NCBI GenBank assembly: GCA_964610485.1 | Contig: CAZSVW010000001.1 | Span: forward strand, 1 to 36,238 | Direction: 5' to 3' | Origin: Candidatus Hydrothermarchaeota archaeon | GTDB taxonomy: Archaea; Hydrothermarchaeota; Hydrothermarchaeia; Hydrothermarchaeales; CAZSVW01 | DNA length: 36,238 nucleotides | In this document: positions 1 to 7,642 of the stretch, in pieces | Numbering within the stretch: the stretch's first letter is position 1 | Layout: each line of letters starts with the position of its first letter | Notes under the pieces: model-generated | Told to the model about the DNA's origin: nothing | Databases searched by the model: none | The model's input: only the letters and a program-made list of their open reading frames with translations | Made by a program: the position numbers and the translations under genes

Positions 1-207
1 GGATGTCATCCGGGAGACTGTCACTACATCTCCGGAAATAATTACATGGCTAAGAGGGAGAAGAAAATAAGAAAGATGCTGGAAAAGAAAGGAATAGAAC
101 AAGAGAGGTTTAGGCTGGATTGGATATCTGCAGCTGAAGGAGCAAGATTTCAGAAGATAGTCAAAGAATTGACGGAGACCCTTAAAAGATTGAACTCCAA
201 AAAATGA
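1..207 (+). CDS. mvhD: MvhD-type iron-sulfur subunit (Mvh hydrogenase / Hdr-associated delta subunit); C-terminal fragment cut by the window edge
   Basis: Frame 1 reads GCHPGDCHYISGNNYMAKRE...RFRLDWISAAEGARFQKIV...NSKK*. The GCHxGDCHY..GN and W(I/V)SAAEG blocks are the conserved C-terminus of MvhD/FlpD-like proteins. Stop TGA 205-207 overlaps the next ATG (ATGA). Confidence 0.6.
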   Translation, partial: GCHPGDCHYISGNNYMAKREKKIRKMLEKKGIEQERFRLDWISAAEGARFQKIVKELTETLKRLNSKK

Positions 208-1232
208 GATATGACGTTGCCATAGTAGGTGCAGGTCCTAGTGGAGCATCCACGGCAAAACACTGTGCAGAGAAAGGGTTAAAAGTCATAATAATTGAAA
301 AAAAAGTTCAACTGGGATATCCATCCCACTGTGCTGGATACATACCAAAACTTGTTTCGAGGTATTTTAGGATACCAAGAGCATGTGTTCAGCAAAAAAT
401 AAAGAGGATGGCAACTTTTTTTCCGAGTGGAAAAATAAAATTTACCTCTATGCATGGTTTTATTGTAGATAGGAGTCTTTTTGATAAGTTTTTATGTCTT
501 CAAGCACTAGATGCAGGCGCAGAGATAGTTGTCGGGGGATCTGTAATCGCATTGAAAGAAAAGACGCTCAAAGTGATGGTTAAAAATAAAAAAATAGACA
601 TAAAGGCAGATTTTATAGTAGGAGCTGATGGAGCATTATCCAAGGTAGCTCGGTGGATGGGATTTAACAGGCCTAATTTGATTAAATGCGCCCAATATGA
701 GGTTCATAATATAACGGGTATAGAAGAAGAAACAGCAGAAACATATTTTGACCTAAATTTGACTAAGGCATATGCATGGATATACCCCTGTGGCAATTCC
801 TCAGCAAAAGTGGGAATCGGAACCATAAATGAAAATCCAGAAAAAAAATTGAATCTATTCATGAAGATTGTTCCTAAATTAAGAAATACAAATGTTTATT
901 CTATCTATTCTGGATTTATCCCAATAAGAAAATCTTTAGCTCTGGGTAAAAAGCATGTTCTCCTCGTTGGAGATGCCGCTGGAGTTACGGATGCCATTTC
1001 CGGGGCGGGAATTCTTTCGGGAATAATAAGTGGAAAGGCTGCAAGCAAAGCCATAGCTATGAATGATATTGAAGTCTACCATAAATCTATCAAAAAGATA
1101 CTAGGTAAAAGATTAAAAAGAGCATTATTAAAGAGGGAAAAATTAAATCGCCTTAAAAGCAATAGTGAACTAGAAAAAGAACTCCCAAAACTTTGGATTG
1201 CCTTTAAAGATTATTGGAGGAATGAAAAATGA
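204..1232 (+). CDS. Geranylgeranyl-reductase-family FAD-dependent oxidoreductase (LipT-like by context)
   Basis: N-terminal Rossmann motif DVAIVGAGPSGAS..EKGLKVIIIEKK, then GADGALS and LVGDAAG motifs typical of GGR/FixC-type flavoproteins. ATGA-coupled to both neighbours. Confidence 0.75.
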   Translation: MRYDVAIVGAGPSGASTAKHCAEKGLKVIIIEKKVQLGYPSHCAGYIPKLVSRYFRIPRACVQQKIKRMATFFPSGKIKFTSMHGFIVDRSLFDKFLCLQALDAGAEIVVGGSVIALKEKTLKVMVKNKKIDIKADFIVGADGALSKVARWMGFNRPNLIKCAQYEVHNITGIEEETAETYFDLNLTKAYAWIYPCGNSSAKVGIGTINENPEKKLNLFMKIVPKLRNTNVYSIYSGFIPIRKSLALGKKHVLLVGDAAGVTDAISGAGILSGIISGKAASKAIAMNDIEVYHKSIKKILGKRLKRALLKREKLNRLKSNSELEKELPKLWIAFKDYWRNEK

Positions 1233-1975
1233 GGAGGATGAGATTCATAGACCTTGGATACGTAAGTCTACCTATGCTTCACGCCATAGAGGAAGCTATA
1301 GCAATGAAGGGTGTACCCACATTTATGCTATGGATAGCTTCTCCTCCTACGGTGAGTCTTGGATATTTCCAGAGCGTGGAGGAGGAAGTAGATGTAGAAA
1401 TGTGTAAAGAGCTTGGGATAGAGATAAGTAGGAGGCCTTCTGGAGGAGGGGCAGCTTATTTTGATGAGAGAGAGCTCTACTACTCTATTGTAGCAAAGCA
1501 TGAGAGTGGGATTTTGCCAAAAGAACCAATTGCATGTTTTAGAAAAGCGGGAGAGGGGCTTATAAATGCCTTGAAGTTTTTTGAACTAGAAGGAACTTTG
1601 ACTGGAGTAAATGATATTCAAGTCCTCGGAAAAAAAATATCCGGAAACGCACAAACCACGATGCACGATGCTAAAATTCAGCATGGCACTTTTTTAGTAG
1701 ACTTTGACATGGAAACAATGCTAAAAGTTTTAAAAATACCCAAAGAAAAAATATCAGATAAAGGTATAAAATTTGTTGAAGAGAGGATTATAACTCTAAA
1801 AAAAGCTCTAAAAAGGGAGGTAAGTATAGAAGAAGCAAAAAAAGCTTTGATCATGGGCTTTAAAGAAGCATTAAATGTTAAATTTTATAACTCAGAGTTA
1901 AGCACGGACGAAAGAAAAATTGCCAATGAGATTGTAAAAAAATACATGAGTAAAGAATGGATATTCAAAAGATAA
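1229..1975 (+). CDS. lplA: Lipoate-protein ligase A, catalytic (BPL/LPL) domain only
   Basis: RRPSGGGAAYFDE (the RRxSGGGAVYHD-like motif) and GKKISGNAQ (lipoyl-AMP lysine motif). It ends ...SKEWIFKR*, where fused LplA proteins continue into the C-terminal domain. Confidence 0.85.
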   Translation: MRRMRFIDLGYVSLPMLHAIEEAIAMKGVPTFMLWIASPPTVSLGYFQSVEEEVDVEMCKELGIEISRRPSGGGAAYFDERELYYSIVAKHESGILPKEPIACFRKAGEGLINALKFFELEGTLTGVNDIQVLGKKISGNAQTTMHDAKIQHGTFLVDFDMETMLKVLKIPKEKISDKGIKFVEERIITLKKALKREVSIEEAKKALIMGFKEALNVKFYNSELSTDERKIANEIVKKYMSKEWIFKR

Positions 1976-2241
1976 TGAAAAAGTCTATCTATAAAGCCAA
2001 GGGAGGGCTGATAAGGATAAAGATCAAGGGAGAAGATAAAATAGAAAAGATAGTAATTACTGGAGATTTCTTCTTTTATCCAGAAAATGAACTAGAAAAC
2101 TTAGAAAAATATCTTATTGGGACTAAAATTTCAGAGGAAGAGGTATATAAATCAATAAAAAAATTTTATAAAGAAAAAAATATAGAATCTCCAGGATTAA
2201 ATCCAGAAGACCTAACAAAAGCCATAATACTAACAAAATGA
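1957..2241 (+). CDS. lplB: Lipoate-protein ligase accessory (C-terminal) domain protein, LplB-type
   Basis: KAKGGLIRIKIKGEDKIEKIVITGDFFFYPE matches the LplA C-terminal domain signature (G.i.v.l....I....i.GDFF). The more likely start is ATG 1975, which overlaps the lplA stop as TAATG. Confidence 0.75.
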   Translation: MDIQKIMKKSIYKAKGGLIRIKIKGEDKIEKIVITGDFFFYPENELENLEKYLIGTKISEEEVYKSIKKFYKEKNIESPGLNPEDLTKAIILTK

Positions 2242-3092
2242 GAGAAATTATATTTTATTTTACAGGAAAAAATTTTCCTCCAATCTCCATAACTGGAAAA
2301 AAATGTGCACTAAATTGTAAACACTGTGGTCGTAGAATGCTTGAAAATCTATATTACGCCACTACCAACGAGGAGTTGGTTAATTTAGCATTGAAATTTG
2401 AAAAGAAAAAGGCAAAAGGTATATTATTAACCGGAGGATGCAACTCATCGGGGAAGGTTCCTATTACAAAATTTGCAAAAGCTATAGAAAAGATAAAAAA
2501 AGAAACAAACCTAATTTTACTTGCACATACGGGTATAATAAACTTTGAAGAAGCCAAAATATTGAAAGAAGCTGGATTAGATGGTGTATCTCTGGATATA
2601 GTAGCAGATGAGAATGTAACCCAAAAGATATATGGCATTAGGATCCCGAAAGAAGAATATAAGAACTCTCTAATTTCTCTAAAAAAAGCAAAAATCGATA
2701 TAATATCGCCTCATATATGCGTTGGTCTCAATTTTGGAAATTTAAGCCATGAATTTGACTCATTAAAGCTTGTCTCTACTATTAAACCAAAAAATCTAAT
2801 AATAATTGCATTAATGCCGCTAAAGGGTACAGAAATGGAGAACGTAAATGTCAACCCAAGAGATGTTGCTATGGTATTCAAAGAGGCAAAAAAACTCTTA
2901 CCGAGGACTAAGATAGTATTGGGATGTGCCCATTCAACTGGGGAAAATAGAGCTAAAATTGAAGAACTTGTCCTTCCCATAGTAGATGGGATAGCTCTCC
3001 CCACCCCAAGAATTAAAAAAATTGCTCAGAAATCCAAAATGAGTATTATTGAGCAAAAAACGTGCTGCGCTATTCCGAGGTTGGAAAGATGA
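2238..3092 (+). CDS. Radical SAM protein, LipS1/LipS2-type lipoyl synthase component candidate (family A, copy 1)
   Basis: CX3CX2C motif in ISITGKKCALNCKHC. Further conserved Cys in GGC, LGC and a C-terminal CC (KTCCAIP). Paralog of 4042-4962. ATGA overlap with lplB. Confidence 0.65.
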   Translation: MREIIFYFTGKNFPPISITGKKCALNCKHCGRRMLENLYYATTNEELVNLALKFEKKKAKGILLTGGCNSSGKVPITKFAKAIEKIKKETNLILLAHTGIINFEEAKILKEAGLDGVSLDIVADENVTQKIYGIRIPKEEYKNSLISLKKAKIDIISPHICVGLNFGNLSHEFDSLKLVSTIKPKNLIIIALMPLKGTEMENVNVNPRDVAMVFKEAKKLLPRTKIVLGCAHSTGENRAKIEELVLPIVDGIALPTPRIKKIAQKSKMSIIEQKTCCAIPRLER

Positions 3093-4045
3093 AGTGGATT
3101 AGGGCATCTATAGGAACTGCAAATATGTTGGGATTAGAGAGAATCAAAATGGATGTTGAAATGAAGACCGCATATCTCCTTACATATCACAAAGGAAGAT
3201 GCAAAGCAGACTGCAAGTTCTGTGCACAAGCCAGAAACAGCAAAGCTAATATTGGTTTTATAGCCCGTGGACTATATAAGCCATATCCTTTTGGGAAAGT
3301 AGTAAATTCCCTAGTAAACTCCATCAAAGAAGGGAAAATAAAGAGGGTATGCCTCCAGACAATTAATTATGACTCACTCCATATGGACACGTTGGAGATA
3401 TGCGATACCATCCTTTCCAAAGTTGAAGTCCCCATTTCTGTGTCCAGACATCCTCTTTCTACTTCAGAGTTAAACGAACTTAAGGACATTGGTGTAGACC
3501 GTATAGTTATACCCCTAGATGCTGTAACCGAGGAGATTTTTAATAACATAAAACCTACCTACCGCTGGGAAGAACACTGGAATGGTCTTAAGAGAGCCCT
3601 AAAAATTTTTGGGCCGTGGCACGTAGGAACCCATCTGATATTGGGACTTGGAGAAACGGAAAAGGAAGCCATTGAAACGCTTCTAAAACTCCATGAACTA
3701 AAAATAAATACTGCTCTATTTGCTTTTGTGCCTATAAAGGGAACTGGATTAGAAAATCTAAAAAGACCAAAAATCTCAAGTTACAGGAGAATACAGCTGT
3801 CGTACTATCTAATAAAAATGGGAATAAACAAATTCTACTTCAAAGATGAAAAGATAATATTTGACCACGATGAAATACTGGATAAAATAATAGAAAGTGG
3901 AGAGCCGTTTCTAGCTACCGGTTGCCCAGACTGCAATAGACCCTACTCCACAGAGAGACCATCATCCACGCCATATAATTTCCCCACTCTCCCCTCAAAA
4001 GAAGAAATAGAGAAGATCAAAATAGAAATTGGTGACTACAGTTGA
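3062..4045 (+). CDS. Radical SAM protein, BioB-like, LipS1/LipS2-type lipoyl synthase component candidate (family B)
   Basis: CKADCKFCAQ (CX3CX2C, BioB-like) and a C-terminal TGCPDCNRPY Cys pair. The likely true start is ATG 3089 (MKWIRAS...), overlapping the upstream stop as ATGA. Confidence 0.65.
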   Translation: MLRYSEVGKMKWIRASIGTANMLGLERIKMDVEMKTAYLLTYHKGRCKADCKFCAQARNSKANIGFIARGLYKPYPFGKVVNSLVNSIKEGKIKRVCLQTINYDSLHMDTLEICDTILSKVEVPISVSRHPLSTSELNELKDIGVDRIVIPLDAVTEEIFNNIKPTYRWEEHWNGLKRALKIFGPWHVGTHLILGLGETEKEAIETLLKLHELKINTALFAFVPIKGTGLENLKRPKISSYRRIQLSYYLIKMGINKFYFKDEKIIFDHDEILDKIIESGEPFLATGCPDCNRPYSTERPSSTPYNFPTLPSKEEIEKIKIEIGDYS

Positions 4046-4962
4046 ATTATTCTGAAGCTAAAAAACTATTTGAAAAACCATTAGAAAAACTATTTTCAGA
4101 AGCTAGAAGCATATCTGATAAAAAAATAACATTCTATAAAAACGCCTTTGTTCCTATTTCTATTACTGGTGAAAAATGCGAGCTTAACTGTAAACATTGC
4201 TCTAAAATATATCTAAAACATATGCTAAAGGCTGAAAACCAAAAAAGTTTAATTAATCTATGCCTAAAACTTCAGAATCTAGGGAATAGAGGAATAGTTC
4301 TAAGCGGAGGATGTACAAAGGAAGGTATAGTACCCTTGCACAAATTTTCGAATGCCATAAGGAGAATAAAAGAGGAAACCTCCCTAATAACACTCGCACA
4401 TACGGGAGTAGTAGATTACAATAAAGCTAAATTACTGGGAGAAGCGGGATTAGATGGTGCTCTTGTTGATGTGGTCGGCAGCTCGTTGACTACAAAAGAA
4501 ATTTTTGGCATAGAAATATGCCCTAATCAGTATGTAAAAACGCTCAAGGCACTAAATGCGAGTAAGATAAGGAAAATATCCCCCCACATAATTGTTGGTT
4601 TACATTATGGGAAAATAAGAGGGGAAATAAAAGCTCTTTCTTTGCTTAAAAATACTAGGCTTGACACGATCGTTATAGTAGTACTTATTCCAACCAAGGC
4701 AACGCCTCTAGAGAATATAAAGCCTCCTTCACCCGAAGATGTAGGTAGAATAGTGGCAATAGCAAAGCTCATGTATCCCGATATCCATATTTCTCTAGGA
4801 TGCGTTAGACCGGGAGGCATTTATAGAGGAAAAATTGATGAATTTGCGATCAAGGCAGGGGCATCCAAAGTAGCCATACCTTCAACAAAAGCAAAACTTG
4901 TAGCAAAAGAGCTTGGGTTGAAAATAAAGGAATACGAACAGATGTGCTGTGGGTGGATATGA
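4042..4962 (+). CDS. Radical SAM protein, LipS1/LipS2-type candidate (family A, copy 2)
   Basis: ISITGEKCELNCKHC, GGC, LAHTG, EAGLDG, SPHIIVGL, LGC and a C-terminal MCCGWI. These blocks are collinear with 2238-3092. The TTG start overlaps the upstream TGA (TTGA); no in-frame ATG lies before the Cys motif. Confidence 0.65.
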   Translation: MNYSEAKKLFEKPLEKLFSEARSISDKKITFYKNAFVPISITGEKCELNCKHCSKIYLKHMLKAENQKSLINLCLKLQNLGNRGIVLSGGCTKEGIVPLHKFSNAIRRIKEETSLITLAHTGVVDYNKAKLLGEAGLDGALVDVVGSSLTTKEIFGIEICPNQYVKTLKALNASKIRKISPHIIVGLHYGKIRGEIKALSLLKNTRLDTIVIVVLIPTKATPLENIKPPSPEDVGRIVAIAKLMYPDIHISLGCVRPGGIYRGKIDEFAIKAGASKVAIPSTKAKLVAKELGLKIKEYEQMCCGWI

Positions 4963-5730
4963 ATGGAGATAGCAAAAGCTTGTGGTATATCTATTCATGC
5001 TCCAGAACGAGCAAAGATAACTTTTTTCAATAGTCCCTATCCTGCCCATAAAGAAAAGAAGGCAGTAGACATATATTTTGAAGGTGATATAGCACTCAGC
5101 CCAATTGAGGGTAAAGTCGAAAAAATAAGGAGATTCGAGATATCTAAACCTATCAGATTATTTAATGTAATGGATAGGGATGCATTCGATATAGAATCTG
5201 AAAAATATGAATATGCAACAATTATAAGGAGCTCTGAAAATCCAAAAAAAGTCATAAAAATTATCCATATGGAGCCCTATGTAAGCGAAGGGGAAAAAAT
5301 AGATATATTTCAGGAAATTGGAAGACTGATAGTAAGCAAATTCTTCACTTTCTGGACGGGAAAACATATCCATGTAGAGGTTAGGAATCATAATGACTAT
5401 TTTAGAGCCAGAGGAGGAGAGGAACTGGAAATTACTGGAAAATTTAAAGGAGCACATGTTGAAGTAGGGGACAAAATTGCTATAATAGACGGAGGCATAC
5501 CATACAATACCTACGGGGGGATTCTGTCTTCAGCTGAGAAAGGAACCAAAGTTAAAATAGGAGGATTCAATATAGGTAGAGTTATAAGAAGCTATAAAGA
5601 TGCCTCAATATTCAAGTGTAACCAATTTCGTATAAGGCTTAACAAAATCGAATATAGAGGAATATCTTTCGTATTAAATGGAAAAGCAAAGCTTATACCA
5701 AAGAGGAGATGTGATATTGAAATTACCTGA
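4963..5730 (+). CDS. Hypothetical protein with degenerate LytM/M23-like (duplicated hybrid motif) signature
   Basis: The ATG directly follows the upstream TGA. Motif series AVDIYFEGDIALSPIEGKVEKI ... IKIIHMEPYVSEGEKIDIFQEIG ... GKHIHVEV resembles M23 blocks (xGxDI..G.pv.a...G.V / H...V..G..V..G..IG / HLHFE). The first metal-ligand His position is a Lys. Confidence 0.5.
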   Translation: MEIAKACGISIHAPERAKITFFNSPYPAHKEKKAVDIYFEGDIALSPIEGKVEKIRRFEISKPIRLFNVMDRDAFDIESEKYEYATIIRSSENPKKVIKIIHMEPYVSEGEKIDIFQEIGRLIVSKFFTFWTGKHIHVEVRNHNDYFRARGGEELEITGKFKGAHVEVGDKIAIIDGGIPYNTYGGILSSAEKGTKVKIGGFNIGRVIRSYKDASIFKCNQFRIRLNKIEYRGISFVLNGKAKLIPKRRCDIEIT

Positions 5731-6292
5731 ACCGAGATTCAGGGGAAAAGTGTCTGTAGAAGAGGCTTTACTTAATCGGAGATCTGTCAGAGAATACTCT
5801 AAAGATAAACTTACAATGCAAGAGATTTCTCAGATATTATGGGCATCACAAGGGATCACGCAAAAAAAATGGAGATTGAGGACAGTTCCCTCAGCAGGAG
5901 CCTTATATCCTATTGAAGTTTACGCTGTTCTTGAGGAAGGTGTATTTCACTATAGACCATATGAACACTCCCTTAAGCTTATTAAAAGAGGAGATGTCAG
6001 ATGTGAGCTCTGCGAAGCTTGTTTAAACCAAGAATATGTTAGAAATGCACCTCTAGTGCTTGTATTTACCGGGGTTTTTAATAGAACTTGCAGAAAGTAT
6101 GGAGAGAGAGGTATCAGATACGTATTAATAGAAGTGGGACATGCCTCACAGAATGTATATCTTCAGTGTGAGTCCTTGGGATTAGGTACTGTGGCCATTG
6201 GAGCCTTCTATGATTCAGAAGTTAAAAAAATTCTGGACTTACCTAAGGAGCATGAACCTCTCTATGTTATGCCCGTTGGTCGCAAAAAATGA
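5678..6292 (+). CDS. SagB/ThcOx-type nitroreductase-family dehydrogenase
   Basis: NRRSVREY...LRTVPSAGALYPIEVY...FHYRP..HSL...RKYGERGIRYVLIEVGHASQNVYL...LGLGTVAIGAFYD. This is the canonical stand-alone SagB-type domain pattern. An alternative GTG start lies at 5711. Confidence 0.8.
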   Translation: MEKQSLYQRGDVILKLPEPRFRGKVSVEEALLNRRSVREYSKDKLTMQEISQILWASQGITQKKWRLRTVPSAGALYPIEVYAVLEEGVFHYRPYEHSLKLIKRGDVRCELCEACLNQEYVRNAPLVLVFTGVFNRTCRKYGERGIRYVLIEVGHASQNVYLQCESLGLGTVAIGAFYDSEVKKILDLPKEHEPLYVMPVGRKK

Positions 6293-7317
6293 AATGCGAA
6301 ATATGTGGGAAAAATAATGTAAGTGCTATTTTAGGTGTATGTTCGGACTGTATAAGGGAGGAGTGGGATAGAACAAAATTTTTTGTAGAAAAAGCTCATC
6401 ACATAAGTAGAAAGAAATTCAACTTGCCTCCAAAACCACCAAAGAAAGGTGTAGAGTGTAATCTATGTATTCATCACTGTAAAATATCGGAGGGTGAAAG
6501 AGGCTACTGCGGTATTAGAACGAATATAAAGGGAAAGCTGGTACATCTTGCAGGAACTCCGAGCAGAGGGATTGCAGAATGGTATTTTGATCCATTACCA
6601 ACGAATTGTGTGGCATCTTGGTGTTGTCCAGCTCGTGATAAATTCTCCCCGCTTAAAAATCTCGCAGTATTTTATGGTGCTTGTACCTTTAACTGTCTCT
6701 ACTGCCAGAACTGGACATTTAAAGAGAACACTATGCTTCTCTCTCCTACAATCTCCGCAAAAAAACTTGCTAGTAATATAGACGAATACACCTACTGCAT
6801 ATGTTACTTCGGAGGAGACCCTACACCCCAAGTTGCCCATGCTCTGAAAGTCTCAAAGCTTGCAACCGAAGTAAAAGATATAAAAATATGCTGGGAAACG
6901 AATGGAAGTATGAATAGTAGAATTCTAAAAAAGGTAGCAGAAACCTCGATAGAAAGCGGGGGAACTATAAAGATCGACATAAAAGCTTGGAATGATAATT
7001 TGCATAGAGCTCTAACCGGGGTAACAAATGCTCAAACACTCAAAAACATAGAGTATCTCGGGAAAATTGCCCCCGAAATCATTGTAGCAAGTACGGTACT
7101 TCTTCCATATTATATAGACCGTGAGGAAATAGAAAATATTGCTCGTTTCCTTTCTAGTATTGATGAAAATATACCGTATTCATTGCTAGCCTTTTATCCA
7201 ACGTTCTACATGAGGGATTTGCCGACTACATCCAAAAAACATGCTCTAGAATGCTACCATATAGCTAAAAAATATCTCAAAAATGTTAGATTAGGCAATG
7301 TACATTTACTCCACTGA
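6289..7317 (+). CDS. Radical SAM enzyme, PflA-activase / AmrS-like, with N-terminal zinc ribbon
   Basis: N-terminal CEICG...CSDC, then CNLCIHHCKISEGERGYCGIR, then the radical SAM motif GACTFNCLYCQNW. ATGA overlap with the nitroreductase gene. Confidence 0.8.
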   Translation: MKCEICGKNNVSAILGVCSDCIREEWDRTKFFVEKAHHISRKKFNLPPKPPKKGVECNLCIHHCKISEGERGYCGIRTNIKGKLVHLAGTPSRGIAEWYFDPLPTNCVASWCCPARDKFSPLKNLAVFYGACTFNCLYCQNWTFKENTMLLSPTISAKKLASNIDEYTYCICYFGGDPTPQVAHALKVSKLATEVKDIKICWETNGSMNSRILKKVAETSIESGGTIKIDIKAWNDNLHRALTGVTNAQTLKNIEYLGKIAPEIIVASTVLLPYYIDREEIENIARFLSSIDENIPYSLLAFYPTFYMRDLPTTSKKHALECYHIAKKYLKNVRLGNVHLLH

Positions 7318-7362
7318 TGTTTTCACAATTTTTAATAAAATGTTAAACTACTCTTCTTTGGA

Positions 7363-7641
7363 ATGATGTATAGTAGAGTACATGTATATATATCTGGAAA
7401 AGTCCAAGGAGTTTTCTTTAGAGAATATACAAGAAGGAAGGCAAAAAATCTGGGGATAAAAGGATGGGTGAGAAATTTACCCGATGGAAGAGTTGAAGCT
7501 ATATTTGAAGGTGAAAAAGAGAAAATAAAAGAGATGATAGAGTGGTGCCATACCGGTTCACCTTATTCTAAGGTTGAAAAAGTAGAGGTAACCGAAGAAG
7601 AGTATAAGGGAGAATTCGAGGATTTTGAGATAAGGTGGTAA
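7363..7641 (+). CDS. acyP: Acylphosphatase
   Basis: ISGKVQGVFFR and GWVRNLPDGRVEA signatures; about 90 aa. Confidence 0.9.
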   Translation: MMYSRVHVYISGKVQGVFFREYTRRKAKNLGIKGWVRNLPDGRVEAIFEGEKEKIKEMIEWCHTGSPYSKVEKVEVTEEEYKGEFEDFEIRW

Positions 7642-7642
7642 A

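Noticed and set aside
1198-1407. 69-aa ORF overlapping the flavoprotein/lplA junction
   Set aside because: It is out of frame with lplA, whose RRxSGGG and GxKISGxAQ motifs define the real frame.
1957-1975. lplA/lplB as a frameshifted pseudogene of a fused ligase
   Set aside because: The break falls exactly at the domain boundary. A TAATG stop/start overlap plus an additional upstream ATG is present, and both parts keep intact motifs. A coupled two-cistron arrangement is more parsimonious, but read-level verification is still suggested.
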